Position numbers and translations under genes: made by a program. 64,000 nt of DNA from a virus (lineage: Duplodnaviria > Caudoviricetes). Below the pieces are notes generated by a model. The model was not told where the DNA came from. It worked only from the letters and a program-made list of their open reading frames with translations, and did no database searches. This document shows, piece by piece, positions 21,621-31,950 of the stretch (position 1 is the first letter of the stretch; the number at the start of each line of letters is the position of its first letter). The stretch covers positions 55,500 to 119,499 of the IMG/VR virus record IMGVR_UViG_3300024346_000016; one strand, written 5' to 3'.

Positions 21621-23106
21621 AAACGCTACTACTGCAACTACTGCCGCAAGAGCAACACGAGCAAATGGAAATTTCTATATAGATGATAACTACGGTAATG
21701 GTATAGTTGGAGTTTATACATCAACTCGTCTACAGGGAGTATTTGCAATGGGAGACTCTTACAAATTACCAGCAGACGGAACTTCTGCCAGCAACCTATA
21801 CGGTATGGCATGGTCTCACCCCAATGCAGGTGGCGTTGCTGCAAACCTAAATACACATGGTCTTCTTGTAATGGAGAATGGTACATTTTTGGCAGCAATC
21901 TCTGGTTCAATCCGAGCAAGAGACGATATGCGTGCCCCAGCTATTTATGACTCAGGTTCACGTGTAGCTATTTCAAGAGGAGAGGGCCGAGACTATGTTA
22001 ACTATTCGCGATATGTTTATAATAACGGAGCCTATTCAGGAACCGGCTGGATTGAACCTTCTGATCTTGGTGTAAGATATGCTAATACTGCAGGTTCTGC
22101 CCCAGCAAATGGAGGTACAGCGACTGCACTAAATAGTAGTAACTATATTTCTCAGAGAGGATCCAATGGTTCTTGGAATGCCGATTTTCAAGCAACCCCA
22201 GCTGGAACTATGAGTTATGGCGGAGATCTTGGAGCCAACGGAACAAACGGTCCAGGCGGAAGTTGGTGGATTCAAGAAAACTTTAGACATACAAACTCTA
22301 GTAATTACTGGGGTACTCAAGTAGCATGGGGATGGGAAGATAATGCTAATAGATTAGCAACAAGAAATGTAACAGGCGGCAATTACGGTTCATGGGTTTA
22401 TTATCTAAATTCTGGTAATGTTACTTCATATATGGATGCACCAAATAAAGCGGGAACATCTTACTATCAAGTAAACACTTGGTTACAAATGAATGGTACG
22501 CATGGTATCTATTATCCTTCGTACAACGGTGCTCATTTTTATGTAAATACAACCACGTCATACACACAATTTAGACTCGATGGTAGTCGCGGAGGTTACG
22601 GAGGTATTTGGGATAGCTATAGTTCTGTTCATGGTATTATGTATGATAGTGCAGGTAATGGCGGTGTATATAGAGAAGCCAATGGTAGATGGTATTGGTA
22701 TCACCATTTAGGAAATAACTGTACAGCTTTAGCAACTTCAACTACTTCTTCTTCATATAGAGCCTACGTTGGTGGTGCTTTATATGCTGAAGGTGATATA
22801 GTAGCATATTCAGATGTTAGAAAGAAAACAGATATTGTTACTATAGATAATGCTTTACATAAAGTTATTAATTTACGTGGTGTTTATTATACTAGAATTG
22901 ACGATCCACTAAGAGGTAGACAAACAGGTGTTATTGCACAAGAAATAAATGAAGTGTTACCTGAAGTTGTTACATATGCTGCTGATGTAGATCACTATGG
23001 TGTTTCTTATGGTAATATTGTAGGTGTACTTATTGAAGCTATTAAAGAACAACAGACCCAAATAGAAGACCTTAAATTAGAAATTAAAAAATTAAGAGGC
23101 GAATAA
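16867..23106 (+). CDS. Long tail fibre with C-terminal peptidase S74 intramolecular chaperone
   Basis: 2079 aa. Shares modules with the preceding fibre. C-terminal '[10 protein letters not shown]...LRGVYY...GVIAQE...LPEVV...[18 protein letters not shown]'. Confidence 0.85.
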   Translation: MAQLISGTTIAGHSAIHAGNLSAHSIATTSYVTTQINNLINGAPGALDTLNELAAALGNDAGFSTTITNSIASKLSLSGGTMTGNINWGQTDRGLVWSMNTDGAYIKFFNTGDGDTNSRLEYATSDNGDEYHRFLVAGIERMTITANGISATGYNKSNWDTAYGWGNHAGLYSAASHNHDGRYLLLSGGTLTGDLLSTHPYYPGYNNAAVGSQGSYYLYGATGNSGIRTNGNFLANGDIYLGTRGQWLSTYLNQNVRTDSSPSFSSVYVGGSQLTGTQVNGLSNMLGVTTLPYSCDITVGGDPDKFYAVQFWGGDQDVWRRIIIKRGYGETAPWDPIGTGAHHGGLLLDWEGNFGGWGGAEYADRLRVFNESYTNVCADMFIYSHSMSYVFMLRGGGAVYHLFSDQPINGYYQAGSPDILYSSSTLSYDDAWSGTNQYDVYAPTPLALNQVNSTRIDGLRTKKQSLLDGRYAAISHSHTFASLTSKPTTISGYGITDAITTANIGSQSVSYATTSGALTSMNISQFTNNSGYITGYTETDTLASVTGRGNTTTSSMAIGSVSIPNGKLYVNSGSGSDVVALQNTLNTGAYLVFADNVTPTWANAPRLGAISNDMVFKTLDTERFRIASTGASTFTGPSLTINTTSDIVANGDTFRMKGGGGSAEFIWYRNYSGSPSEPGFVINNRAGTTTFSHNVNGGGTSVSGNFSAANFSGASSGTNTGDQTNISGNAATATNVAWTGVTSRPTTLSQFTNDLGNYGGWITGYTETIGTNNTSGVAGAKYQINDTWLRVNSDNRQFQIYGNARSIIYRTDGVTNDHGGGDYPHIFYYGGSTDASRLVIFGTNGDIWMRYAGDWISNLLAAKSNTGHTHDDRYYTETEVNNFFSAATAITGYNKSNWDIAYNKRPTAISFSGTGTKTLTLTQGDGSTLTAAFNDIDTDTNTDGQTLSLSGNTLSISGGNSVTLTSGGISQGTADSLYVNVSGDTMTGPLNIVGSTDGQDLLAVNGFNGRLFTVTDSVLDTIYSVNTIAGLPILEVLANNTVRIGKYGANSITIANSNIAINSDSVDAKFPFYVSDRSTATARYNLTNPGMGFNLADSYAQLQLYGTAGAYIDFTTGANDYQGRIMWTGSAFSITGNISATNFSGSSSGTNTGDQTNISGTASNITAYTINQSVGTGNAPTFTNIYNNGWFRNNNNLEGLYNQANGNHFYSRGAAKWGITGAGGNIHLEFRSNHESTLRGVVYADTSNQIGFLNNGEGWSLRANSSNNVFVHGTDLTINADGAGSSNINMNDGDEGNRIIHCNSNRIGFLTQAGSWGAYCDDSGNWAAANFSGSSSGTNTGDQTNISGYSQLLYFSGSSGKAIMDGLWAGGGAYPGYQFTGGNSRFGFSSTSGVVDVYADGNFYATDSSHLVLHAGNYNSYSPTLTGGNASGTWGINVTGSAGSVAWTNVSSRPTALSQFSNDLGNYGGWALTSHLHDDRYFFNRGFTSPYPGEDANAMTENRAAFTYSNNAPLTGCIAYFPASGYGIQLNGDYQGDSFSMRSRNGDAGTWRPWKRLLTDYNYNSYSPTLTGTGASGTWVINVTGNATTATTAARATRANGNFYIDDNYGNGIVGVYTSTRLQGVFAMGDSYKLPADGTSASNLYGMAWSHPNAGGVAANLNTHGLLVMENGTFLAAISGSIRARDDMRAPAIYDSGSRVAISRGEGRDYVNYSRYVYNNGAYSGTGWIEPSDLGVRYANTAGSAPANGGTATALNSSNYISQRGSNGSWNADFQATPAGTMSYGGDLGANGTNGPGGSWWIQENFRHTNSSNYWGTQVAWGWEDNANRLATRNVTGGNYGSWVYYLNSGNVTSYMDAPNKAGTSYYQVNTWLQMNGTHGIYYPSYNGAHFYVNTTTSYTQFRLDGSRGGYGGIWDSYSSVHGIMYDSAGNGGVYREANGRWYWYHHLGNNCTALATSTTSSSYRAYVGGALYAEGDIVAYSDVRKKTDIVTIDNALHKVINLRGVYYTRIDDPLRGRQTGVIAQEINEVLPEVVTYAADVDHYGVSYGNIVGVLIEAIKEQQTQIEDLKLEIKKLRGE

Positions 23107-23107
23107 T

Positions 23108-24421
23108 ATGGCTTTACCAAGCACCGGTACAATTGCAATGAGTCAAATTAATTCTGAGTTAGGCCGAAGCGCCTCTTCTACAATTAGTTTAGGCTCAGCT
23201 GAAGATGGCGGATATGCTGCAATTAACTCGTGTTCACCAAGTAGACCCAGCTCAAGTGATCCCGCGGCAATGTCTGAGTGGAGAGGTTATAATCACACCT
23301 TTGCTTGCTGTAATGCTCCAAGTATCTCAGTTACATCTTCTACGTCAAGTTCAGTTACAATTAGTATAAGCTATTCTAATTGTACTACTATGCATTTCGA
23401 GTCTAGTTCAAATGATGGATCAACTTGGAATACTAATTCAACTGGATGCGCTTCAAGTTATACTTATTCAGGGCTAGCCTCATCCACAACATATTATTTT
23501 AGAGTAAGAATAACTTGTACCTCAACTGGAGGATATTCTGGGTATTCTAGTCCGGTAATTCAAACAACTAGTGCAGGCTGCCCTGCGAATGGAACCTACT
23601 TAAGTCAATTTTGTTCAGGTTGTACTCTTTATTATCGATATGCAAACGGTAGCTGCGGAACCTATGATACAAGTCAGGGTTGTACGACTGCATGTGGCGG
23701 CTGTTGCTGTTCGCCCGGAGAGGGCACCTTCTTATATGCTCAGTGTAATGGCTGTTCCTATGATTTTTATTATTCAAATGGGTGTAATGGTTCATATAGT
23801 GTTGTGCAGGACCAATACTCAACTAATTGTGGCTGCGGCGAAGGCCCTACCTGTTATGAATTCTATGGTGATGGTAGCGGAGAGTGGGCGGGTCACCAGT
23901 GCGGCGAGCCTGCGGGCGTCAATGCCACAGGATATGCTGCGTTTTATGGAGAACCAATTGGCTGTTTTGATAATATGCAGTTTGGTGCATATCATGATGG
24001 CCAACCGTGCTTTGCGATGTGTCCTACTCCAGATATGCCAATCCTAATTGCCCCTAATACTTGGGTGACCGCAGGGGAGCTTAAGGTTGGCGATTATGTT
24101 TATACTAAACACGAAACAACAGGTGACTGGGGATCATACCAGGTATCTCATATTAATCCAGGTGCTAATACAGTAAGTCGTACTGTAATTGGAGGCCAAG
24201 TGATCAAAGTTTCGCATAACCATAGATTCTTAACAGAAAGTATGGGATTCGTTGCCTTATCAGAACTATGGATTGGTGCTAAAGTACAAACAATAGATGG
24301 AGTTGCTGAAATTGAGTCAATTGAAGATCTTGGTACCTTACCAGTTATTCAAATAGAAATTGCAGATGCACATACATATGTTATTTGTGATGTAATATCT
24401 CACAATGTAAAGCAACCCTAA
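23108..24421 (+). CDS. Fibre-associated protein: N-terminal anchor, FN3, Cys-rich repeats and C-terminal Hint domain
   Basis: N-terminus '[19 protein letters not shown]' is typical of genes following S74 fibres. FN3 motif '[15 protein letters not shown]'. 24 Cys before the Hint. Hint runs C305 (24020) to HN (24406). Confidence 0.75.
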   Translation: MALPSTGTIAMSQINSELGRSASSTISLGSAEDGGYAAINSCSPSRPSSSDPAAMSEWRGYNHTFACCNAPSISVTSSTSSSVTISISYSNCTTMHFESSSNDGSTWNTNSTGCASSYTYSGLASSTTYYFRVRITCTSTGGYSGYSSPVIQTTSAGCPANGTYLSQFCSGCTLYYRYANGSCGTYDTSQGCTTACGGCCCSPGEGTFLYAQCNGCSYDFYYSNGCNGSYSVVQDQYSTNCGCGEGPTCYEFYGDGSGEWAGHQCGEPAGVNATGYAAFYGEPIGCFDNMQFGAYHDGQPCFAMCPTPDMPILIAPNTWVTAGELKVGDYVYTKHETTGDWGSYQVSHINPGANTVSRTVIGGQVIKVSHNHRFLTESMGFVALSELWIGAKVQTIDGVAEIESIEDLGTLPVIQIEIADAHTYVICDVISHNVKQP

Positions 24422-24442
24422 TAACTAAAATATTTAAACTGG

Positions 24443-24694
24443 ATGCAAAATTTACAGTCATATCAAGTCGAAGAATCTACGTATGAATTAGATACGTACT
24501 ATAATATTGGATATAAATCTAGATTTAGACTAGTTGGTATTATTGAAGTTAATGAGTCAATGTTCTTTATTTGCGAAAGGGAAGCCGGTGCATTTACTAT
24601 GCATATTTCAGCTCAACAAAGTTTGCAAACCAAGAATTTTATTTTTCATGCTCTGCAATTTCACCACCTAGCCCAAAATAATTTAGCAGTATAA
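24443..24694 (+). CDS. Hypothetical protein
   Basis: 83-aa ORF filling the gap in the operon. Confidence 0.55.
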   Translation: MQNLQSYQVEESTYELDTYYNIGYKSRFRLVGIIEVNESMFFICEREAGAFTMHISAQQSLQTKNFIFHALQFHHLAQNNLAV

Positions 24695-24703
24695 CCCTAA
24701 TCT

Positions 24704-25399
24704 ATGGCACTACACTATAATCCAAGAATAGAATTAAGTGGCCTTCAGCTCTATGTTGAAGCAGCCGATCCAGTATGCTATCCGGGATCTGGCCAAACAG
24801 TTTATGATCTTTCTCTAAATAATAGAGTCCTGTCTTCTAATATGAGTGAATCCTATTTAAATGGAAAAGTTTTTAACTTTGCGCCAGACTATGGCTCCTA
24901 TATTAATATTGATCGCAATTTTACTGATCTAGATGATCTTACAATGGAAGTTCTATTTACAGTTGATGGTACCCATGATAATTATCATGGCACGTTAATT
25001 TCTTCTGGAAACTGGAATGTTCCACATTGGGCATTTGCCATAAATCAATCAAATGATGCAATTATTACAAGAGTTCCATATATTACTGTTCCATACCAAT
25101 TTGAAGTTGGAAAATGGTATTATGCTACTTGGAGGCGTTCGAGAGGAACCAATAATTTCTTTGTAAATGGAATTCAAGTGGGCGGAGACTATACTGGAAG
25201 TGATAATCGTCGCCCACTTATAAGTGATGCTAGTAATACAATGATCGGTCGTGAAACTTATGCAGGCGGATATTTTAACTTAAATGGTAAAATTAAAAAC
25301 GTCAAAGTTTATAATAGACCACTATCTAATTCCGAAATTCTTAAAAATTATCAAGCGCTTTCGAGTCGAACTGGATTACAAAATGATGGCTTAACATAA
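24704..25399 (+). CDS. LamG / concanavalin-A-like lectin protein (short form)
   Basis: 'MALHYNPRI..SGLQLYVEAAD...YPGSG', 'GKWYY.TW', 'NGKIKNVKVYNRPLS..EI..NY'. Confidence 0.8.
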   Translation: MALHYNPRIELSGLQLYVEAADPVCYPGSGQTVYDLSLNNRVLSSNMSESYLNGKVFNFAPDYGSYINIDRNFTDLDDLTMEVLFTVDGTHDNYHGTLISSGNWNVPHWAFAINQSNDAIITRVPYITVPYQFEVGKWYYATWRRSRGTNNFFVNGIQVGGDYTGSDNRRPLISDASNTMIGRETYAGGYFNLNGKIKNVKVYNRPLSNSEILKNYQALSSRTGLQNDGLT

Positions 25400-25400
25400 T

Positions 25401-25538
25401 ATGGTAATTAAAGAAATTAAATATAAAGATTTGCCAAGTCAGTTTTGTGTATTTGTTACTGAAACTGATTTAACGCCTCTTGCGTGTTTTTTATCAATAG
25501 AAGATTGCGAAAAATGGATTAGTGAAAATGGCGAATAA
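25401..25538 (+). CDS. Small 45-aa ORF, not in the supplied track
   Basis: ATG 25401, MVIKEIKYKDLPSQFCVFVTETDLTPLACFLSIEDCEKWISENGE*. Starts immediately after the upstream stop and overlaps the next ATG (25528). Confidence 0.55.
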   Translation: MVIKEIKYKDLPSQFCVFVTETDLTPLACFLSIEDCEKWISENGE

Positions 25539-26718
25539 TACAGGATTTAATAGTTCAGACTCTGGTCTTATTTTTGGATATGATACCGGCGATTTGCTAA
25601 ATTCTTATTTAGGAGAACCTACTACCAATTTAGAAACATCAAATCCAATTACGTTTGATGGATATGGCTGGAGTTGGACAACAACGTCAGTTGTTCAATT
25701 TCAAGGAAGGACCTGTTTACGGTGTCATGTATACAGTCCTGGAAATAATCCAAACTGGACTGGCGCATATTCCGGAATTTCTGCAGTCGGGGCGGTCGGA
25801 GACGTTTTTACCCGATCTTGCGAAGTATATGTTGAACCAAATGGTAAATTTGCATGGACACCAAATGTAAATGCAACTCACGGCGGTTCCGGTGGAGAAA
25901 ACACATATTATGATCTTAGTAAAGCTGGTACATGGCAAAAGCTTGAAGCCAGTGTAACCAATACTTCAAGTTCAGTACCTTTTTATTTCTATTGGTTTGC
26001 TAGAGGCGGAGGGGATCCACAGGATGTAGACTTTGTTCTCTATATGTACAATCCACAATTAGAAAAGAAAGATCATGGTACAAGATTTACCCCAAGCACA
26101 AGGTCTACCTCCCAGGGTTTAATCGATTTAACAGGATCAAATACAATTAACTTATCTAATGTTACATTTAGCCCAACTCAAGAGATTCTGCTTGATGGCA
26201 CAGACGACTTCTTGACACTAGGCTCAGATGTAACCTTTAAAACAACCGGTGGTTGGACTGTAGAATCCGTTGTTTATTATAATAGTGTAGCTGGCGGTTA
26301 CAACAATACGACTTCTCCAGCAAACTTTATTGGAGCTGAGGGGATTGACTATAATAGCTGGTATTGGTCTGTTTTGGATAATAGACTAGCCCTATGGAAT
26401 GTTTCTCCAGGATATTGGCGATATGGTTCAACAACATTACAACCAAACCGATTTTACCATGTAACCTTAGTGAGTTCGGCAAATGGATATTATTATAGAT
26501 TTTATCTTAATGGTGTAGCAGAAGGTGGAGATCACGTTTCTCAAGTATGGAATCCAGATTACTCTGGCCTTAAGGTTCGTTATATCGGAAAGGGTAATAA
26601 TGGAAACCCAAGATTAGTTAATGGCAAAATTCCAATAACTAAAATTTATAATAGACCTTTACTAGATTCAGAAATTTATAATAATTTCTTAGGATATAAA
26701 ACAAGATTTAATTTATAA
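25528..26718 (+). CDS. LamG-like lectin with inserted variable CBM-like domain
   Basis: 'SGLIFGYDTGD..NSYLGEPTTNL' [insert] 'QLEKKDH.T.FT...RSTSQGLIDL' then LamG ending 'KIYNRPL...KTRFNL'. ATG 25528 preferred over GTG 25522. Confidence 0.8.
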   Translation: MANNTGFNSSDSGLIFGYDTGDLLNSYLGEPTTNLETSNPITFDGYGWSWTTTSVVQFQGRTCLRCHVYSPGNNPNWTGAYSGISAVGAVGDVFTRSCEVYVEPNGKFAWTPNVNATHGGSGGENTYYDLSKAGTWQKLEASVTNTSSSVPFYFYWFARGGGDPQDVDFVLYMYNPQLEKKDHGTRFTPSTRSTSQGLIDLTGSNTINLSNVTFSPTQEILLDGTDDFLTLGSDVTFKTTGGWTVESVVYYNSVAGGYNNTTSPANFIGAEGIDYNSWYWSVLDNRLALWNVSPGYWRYGSTTLQPNRFYHVTLVSSANGYYYRFYLNGVAEGGDHVSQVWNPDYSGLKVRYIGKGNNGNPRLVNGKIPITKIYNRPLLDSEIYNNFLGYKTRFNL

Positions 26719-26719
26719 T

Positions 26720-27949
26720 ATGGCAATTGCACAAGGATTTGGAAAGTCAGCAAGCACAGGATTAGTATTTGCATATGATACAGGTGACATGGATAATTCC
26801 TATCGTGGAGCCCCAGGTCAAAATTATGCATTTGGCCCAAACCGATCATATGGTGGACCAAGTACCCAAAATTTTGAGAATGGTAAAATTTTTAGGTCAA
26901 ACGGCTATACTGAAACTGTTTTTATTCCAACACTAGGTGTAAGATCAGTAGAAAGTATTGAGATCTATAATGAATATGATGGATATGGTACAAATGGAAA
27001 CTATAACTGTTGCCCAAACATATTTAATTATGTTCCAAGCGGCTGGGGTAGCTTTACGTGGCTACCTAATACAACCTATACTTATCAAATAATTTATAAG
27101 AGCGAAACTGGATATACTCATCCAAATTATATGTACCACTATGAATATCGAGCCAATGGTAGCTATATTACTGAATATGGAGTTCATACTGAAGGACTAA
27201 GGACTCATTTGGGAGATGGGTGGTACCATGCTTGGAATACATTTACTTCTCATCCAGAAGCTGCAACTGGATTTTGTGGATGTTGGCACTATGAATATTA
27301 TGGCAGAAATAAAGTATCAGTCGCCGCAGTTAGCATTGTCCCTGGAACAACTATTCGTCCGCCTAGACAATTTATCGATGAGGGCACAACCCGAACTAGT
27401 ACACAAGGCCTTTTAGATTTAACTGGAAATTCAACCATAAATTTATCAAACGTTTCATATAACAGTACTGGAGGCATCTTGTTTGATGGAACTGATGACT
27501 ATATTGATATTACTAAAAATTTAGGAACGTTATCTCAATATACAATAGAACACGTTTCATATAAAGGATCTGAAAATAAGATGCCAATAAATGCTAGAAC
27601 TAATACAAGTTTTTATCAATATGGAGATAATAGTTGGGCGTATACTCACGGAGGAGTTTGGGGAGAATACTATTATCCTAAATCATTTACTATAAATGGA
27701 TGGGGTCATTGGGTTATAACTTATACTGGTTCGCATGTAAAAATATACAGAAATGGAGTTTTTGAAGGTCAGCAAGCTACTACTGGAACAGCTGACTGGA
27801 CTAATGGAATGCGAATAGGTCAACACGGACCCTATGGTGGGTATAATTGGAATGGTCAGATTGCCGTAGTAAAAATGTATAATCGCGCGCTAAGCGCAGC
27901 TGAAGTTTCTCAAAATTATCGTCACTATAAAACCCGATTTAATCTGTAA
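26720..27949 (+). CDS. LamG-like lectin with inserted variable domain
   Basis: 'TGLVFAYDTGD..NSY.G.P' ... 'TQGLLDLTG..TINLSNVS' ... 'KMYNRALS...KTRFNL'. Confidence 0.8.
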   Translation: MAIAQGFGKSASTGLVFAYDTGDMDNSYRGAPGQNYAFGPNRSYGGPSTQNFENGKIFRSNGYTETVFIPTLGVRSVESIEIYNEYDGYGTNGNYNCCPNIFNYVPSGWGSFTWLPNTTYTYQIIYKSETGYTHPNYMYHYEYRANGSYITEYGVHTEGLRTHLGDGWYHAWNTFTSHPEAATGFCGCWHYEYYGRNKVSVAAVSIVPGTTIRPPRQFIDEGTTRTSTQGLLDLTGNSTINLSNVSYNSTGGILFDGTDDYIDITKNLGTLSQYTIEHVSYKGSENKMPINARTNTSFYQYGDNSWAYTHGGVWGEYYYPKSFTINGWGHWVITYTGSHVKIYRNGVFEGQQATTGTADWTNGMRIGQHGPYGGYNWNGQIAVVKMYNRALSAAEVSQNYRHYKTRFNL

Positions 27950-27968
27950 AAATTAATAAATAACTTAT

Positions 27969-28316
27969 ATGAGCACACAATTTCCAAACCGCAGATGGTT
28001 AATTATTCCATCAACTGATATAGAATCTATTGATTTTAGTCAAGTACATCAAAATTCAGCTGAGACCTTAAGATATTCAATAGATGGTACCAAAACATTT
28101 ATTAAATACGATATTACAATTGTAGAAGAGGCTATTATTTCAACCTTTATTCATGCAGAAACCGGCGAAGAGTCAACTCATACAACTCCAGTTGGAGTGT
28201 ATGGTCGTCCTGCAATTTGGCAAGAGGGCATGGCTGAATATACGCATGAAGAAATATTAGAACTTCTTGCAACGGCGGAGTGGACATCTCCCATTGATGC
28301 TAATCAGCTTCAATAA
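27969..28316 (+). CDS. Hypothetical phage protein, probably virion-associated
   Basis: 115 aa ('IDFSQV...LRYSIDGTKTFIKY...YTHEEILELL...EWT'). TAAATA-N6-ATG start. Confidence 0.65.
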   Translation: MSTQFPNRRWLIIPSTDIESIDFSQVHQNSAETLRYSIDGTKTFIKYDITIVEEAIISTFIHAETGEESTHTTPVGVYGRPAIWQEGMAEYTHEEILELLATAEWTSPIDANQLQ

Positions 28317-28342
28317 TTTTTTAAGCCAAATAAATATCTTAT

Positions 28343-29011
28343 ATGGCTTTACATCATAATCCTAGAATAGTAACATCTGGCCTAATATTGGCGCTAGACG
28401 CAGCAGATATAAACTCGTACACTGGCGCAGGCGCGACCTGGACTGATTTACTACAAAGCGGAGTTAACGGAAATCTAACTAACGGGCCCACCTTTACATC
28501 GGCGAATGGTGGGGTTATCGTATTTGATGGAGCAGATGACTATGTTAGACTGAGCCCACCTACCACCTATTCTGAATATACTGTGCAGTTTTTTTGTAAA
28601 TGGATTTCTTCGGTTGGGGTATCTGAAAGATTATTTGGATGCGATGCATTTGGAACATATACTATTTTTAATCCATATAATATTGGGTTTCACTACAATC
28701 CACTAGGCGGGGTGCCTTCATCGGTAACACTAGCGTCTGGGGTTAATATTGGATTTGGAGCTTGGTGTCAAGTTACAGTTACTGTAAGTACTATTTCATC
28801 AAATGTTGTTATTTATGTAAATGGAATAGCTAGAAATAGTTGGAGTACACTTCCTGCAGCAAACCTTTCATCAAACATATTCATAGGCAAGCAAAATACG
28901 CTGTATGGTGCAAACTGTCAATTTGCAAATTTTCAATTGTATAACCGAGCTATTACTGCAGATGAAGTTACACAAAATTTTAATGCGCATAAAAATAGAT
29001 TTGGATTATAA
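28343..29011 (+). CDS. LamG-like lectin protein (short form)
   Basis: 'MALHHNPRIVTSGLILALDAAD', 'FDGADDYV', 'LYNRAIT..EV.QNF...KNRFGL'. Paralogue of 24704. Confidence 0.8.
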   Translation: MALHHNPRIVTSGLILALDAADINSYTGAGATWTDLLQSGVNGNLTNGPTFTSANGGVIVFDGADDYVRLSPPTTYSEYTVQFFCKWISSVGVSERLFGCDAFGTYTIFNPYNIGFHYNPLGGVPSSVTLASGVNIGFGAWCQVTVTVSTISSNVVIYVNGIARNSWSTLPAANLSSNIFIGKQNTLYGANCQFANFQLYNRAITADEVTQNFNAHKNRFGL

Positions 29012-29013
29012 TT

Positions 29014-30180
29014 ATGCCAACTCACGCAGGACCAAACATATTTGGAGAAGAAACTTTAGTCTTTGGCTATGATTTAGCAGATACAGTAAATTCCTATGTA
29101 GGAGAGCCAACCACTAATTTAGCCGTTCCTACTTGGAGTAATTGGGGAGTAGATGCCTCAGGGTATAGTACAGCCGGAACCCGGACAATACTATCCCCAT
29201 ATCATGTAAGAATTGATGACATCTCTTCTAATACCAGGCAATCCTTTGCCTTTTATAGTGGATTTAACGCTTCAACTACTTATACATTTTCAGTTAAGTT
29301 TAAAAAAATAGCTGGAACCCCTACATTAAGATTTCAAATATATTCTTACGTAAGTGGCAATTGGACAAATCAAACATTCCCTACAACATCTCAAATTGGA
29401 TTAACTAATAAAGAAGGCTGGCAGACAGCGTCGTATTCGTATACAACTGCCGCTGGCGCAACCGGCCTGTATTGGTACATACAAGATGGAGATGATTATA
29501 CAGCCTACACTCATTCATTTGAACTAAAGGAGATACAGCTAGAAGCCAAATCTCACGCTACACCTTTCACAGCAGGTACTCGTTCAGCAACACAAGGACT
29601 TTTACCATTAATAGGAAACAGTACGATAGATTTAACAAATGTATCTTTTGATTCAAATGCACAAACGGTGTTTGATGGTACAGATGATAGCATGGTAGTA
29701 AGTAATAACAGTGCTTTAAAGAACAACAATACTTCTATTGAGTTTGTTATTAAATACTTAGATACTCCTAATGGAGATATTATTCAATTCGGTGTTGGAA
29801 GTGGAGCATACGCTCAATATTATTACAGAGCTTATTCAGGAAATTCATATTGGAACTGGTACCCTGTAGGAACAGGATATGGAGACATTACAATTCCAAA
29901 TGCAGCTCTACCTTTAAACCAGTACCATCACATTGTAATGACAGGGAATGATCAAGGATACGTACAGTTCTACATCAACGGAGTTGTTCAAACAGGAGCT
30001 ACGAGAACTAGAAATACACAACCTTCAAACTGGACACCAGCTGATTTAACTATTGGCGGGTTTAGTTGGGATGGGTACTCATCTTCAATTATACCTTCAG
30101 TAAAAATTTACAACCGGGTACTTACCGCGTCAGAAATATCAAGAAATTTTAACGCAATAAAAAGCAGATTTAATATTTAA
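29014..30180 (+). CDS. LamG-like lectin with inserted CBM-like domain
   Basis: 'LVFGYDL.D..NSYVGEPTTNL' ... 'QLEAKSHATPFT...RSATQGLLPL' ... 'KIYNRVL...KSRFNI'. Confidence 0.8.
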   Translation: MPTHAGPNIFGEETLVFGYDLADTVNSYVGEPTTNLAVPTWSNWGVDASGYSTAGTRTILSPYHVRIDDISSNTRQSFAFYSGFNASTTYTFSVKFKKIAGTPTLRFQIYSYVSGNWTNQTFPTTSQIGLTNKEGWQTASYSYTTAAGATGLYWYIQDGDDYTAYTHSFELKEIQLEAKSHATPFTAGTRSATQGLLPLIGNSTIDLTNVSFDSNAQTVFDGTDDSMVVSNNSALKNNNTSIEFVIKYLDTPNGDIIQFGVGSGAYAQYYYRAYSGNSYWNWYPVGTGYGDITIPNAALPLNQYHHIVMTGNDQGYVQFYINGVVQTGATRTRNTQPSNWTPADLTIGGFSWDGYSSSIIPSVKIYNRVLTASEISRNFNAIKSRFNI

Positions 30181-30185
30181 TAATT

Positions 30186-31460
30186 ATGGCAACACAACAC
30201 GGATTCGGCTCATCAGTTTCAAGCGGGTTAACCTTTGCATACGACACAATCGATACGGTTAACTCATACTTAGGGGAACCTACTACAAATTTAATTAACC
30301 CAAATACCGTAAACATCTATTCTTGGTGGGGTCGAACTGTACAAACCATAACTCAATTATCAGAAACATATAATGGTCAGCCTATTTACCGAGTTAGTCT
30401 AAGTATAGATGATGGTGATATGCTATATCACATTAGAGAGAGATGGGGAGCTGGCTCCGGCTGGTATATGCCATACGTAATATTTAATGCGAGTACACCA
30501 TATATTGCTAGCGTAATTTACCGACCAGTATCACACGCTGATACTCGAGTATATGGACATCCAAGTAATATTGGCGGCTGGGGTAGAAATGTTGATGATA
30601 GTATAGATCTAGATGGTGGATGGAAAAAACATAGAATTGATAGAAATCATAATGTTACGGTTGGCGATAACAGGTTTTACCATATGCATACGCCTTCTGC
30701 CGAAATTGGTCAAACTGTAACTGTTGATATAACGCATAGTCAAATTGAACAAAAGGATCATGTAACTCAATTTACGCCAACCGCCAGAAGTGCAACCCAG
30801 GGGCTTTTGCCACTAGCTGGCATTTCTACACTTAATTTATCAAATGTTTCTTTTGATGCCAATGCACAAATGGTATTTGATGGAACTGACGATACTCTTG
30901 ATACTGGAATTCCGCTAACAGATTTACCGGCGCTTTCAAATTTTACCATAGAGTGTATAGTTAAGATTGATGCATACCCAACAGCAGCCTCACCAAATGG
31001 ATATGGTAGTACTACTAAAGCTGGAGTATTAGTAGGCGCTACCTATTATAGTGGAACAGCTTTATATTGGTACGGCAATAGTAGCGGAACTAATTGTACA
31101 GTATACGCTTACATAAGAGGTAATGATGGGTATAGAACAGCTGGGGCATATAACCTAACACCAGGACAATATCATCACTTAGTATTAGTAAATGATTATA
31201 CAAATAGTTCTATTAACCTATATGCTAATGGGGTACTCAACGGCACATATGCCGGTCCAACTCAAGATTATAATCCAGGATTAACTCCATCTGCTGGTAA
31301 TATTGGAATTAATAAAGCCCAAGTAGATGGAGGCGGCACCCAAGTTTACTCGAATTTACCCTGTTTAGTACCGATTACTAAAATTTATAACAGATCTCTC
31401 TCATCCGCGGAAGTTACGCAAAACTTTAAGAAGTACCAAACCCGATTTGGACTAGCTTAG
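30186..31460 (+). CDS. LamG-like lectin with inserted variable domain
   Basis: 'SGLTFAYDT.D..NSYLGEPTTNL' ... 'QIEQKDHVTQFT...RSATQGLLPL' ... 'KIYNRSLS...QTRFGLA'. Confidence 0.8.
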   Translation: MATQHGFGSSVSSGLTFAYDTIDTVNSYLGEPTTNLINPNTVNIYSWWGRTVQTITQLSETYNGQPIYRVSLSIDDGDMLYHIRERWGAGSGWYMPYVIFNASTPYIASVIYRPVSHADTRVYGHPSNIGGWGRNVDDSIDLDGGWKKHRIDRNHNVTVGDNRFYHMHTPSAEIGQTVTVDITHSQIEQKDHVTQFTPTARSATQGLLPLAGISTLNLSNVSFDANAQMVFDGTDDTLDTGIPLTDLPALSNFTIECIVKIDAYPTAASPNGYGSTTKAGVLVGATYYSGTALYWYGNSSGTNCTVYAYIRGNDGYRTAGAYNLTPGQYHHLVLVNDYTNSSINLYANGVLNGTYAGPTQDYNPGLTPSAGNIGINKAQVDGGGTQVYSNLPCLVPITKIYNRSLSSAEVTQNFKKYQTRFGLA

Positions 31461-31492
31461 TACTAGATAAATAATAAAAAATATTGTATACA

Positions 31493-31843
31493 ATGTTAAA
31501 AGTAAAAATCGAATCGATTACCGGATTTGGCAAAACTGCAGAATTTGCTACTATTCACTTAATGCACTATGACTTAGCATCAGGCGGAGCTTCTGCTACT
31601 GTTAATTTATATGAAAACGATCCTATGCCAGGATCACCAGCTACTCCAGCTGTTCAAATTATGACTAAGCACATTACCTGCACATCAGAAGATACCTCTA
31701 CTTGGGGTACTGAAGATATGGTATTTGTTGATATGGTATTGACTAAAGCAGGTCTAGTTAGAGATACTGAATGGGTTCAACCCGCACCTACTCCAGTAAC
31801 TCCTGCACCAGCTACTCCGCCAGCTGAACCAGAATTACCGTAA
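31493..31843 (+). CDS. Hypothetical small virion / fibre-associated protein with Pro-rich tail
   Basis: ATG 31493 lies within ORF 31484..31843. TAAATA at 31468-31473. Confidence 0.6.
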   Translation: MLKVKIESITGFGKTAEFATIHLMHYDLASGGASATVNLYENDPMPGSPATPAVQIMTKHITCTSEDTSTWGTEDMVFVDMVLTKAGLVRDTEWVQPAPTPVTPAPATPPAEPELP

Positions 31844-31861
31844 TCTGATTTTTTAATCTTT

Positions 31862-31893
31862 AAAAGGGGAAAATTTTTTATTCCCCTTTTTTT
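31862..31893 (+). terminator. Rho-independent terminator, possibly bidirectional
   Basis: AAAAGGGGAA...TTCCCCTTTTTTT. Confidence 0.7.
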
Positions 31894-31950
31894 ATGAAAT
31901 AAAACCTGATACTAAAACTATAGTATAAGAAACAAAAAAGTAACAACTTC

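Noticed and set aside
11720-31460. Diversity-generating retroelement acting on fibres or lectins
   Set aside because: No reverse transcriptase in the window and no ~100-nt repeat pair differing only at adenines was seen. The repeats differ mainly at synonymous positions.
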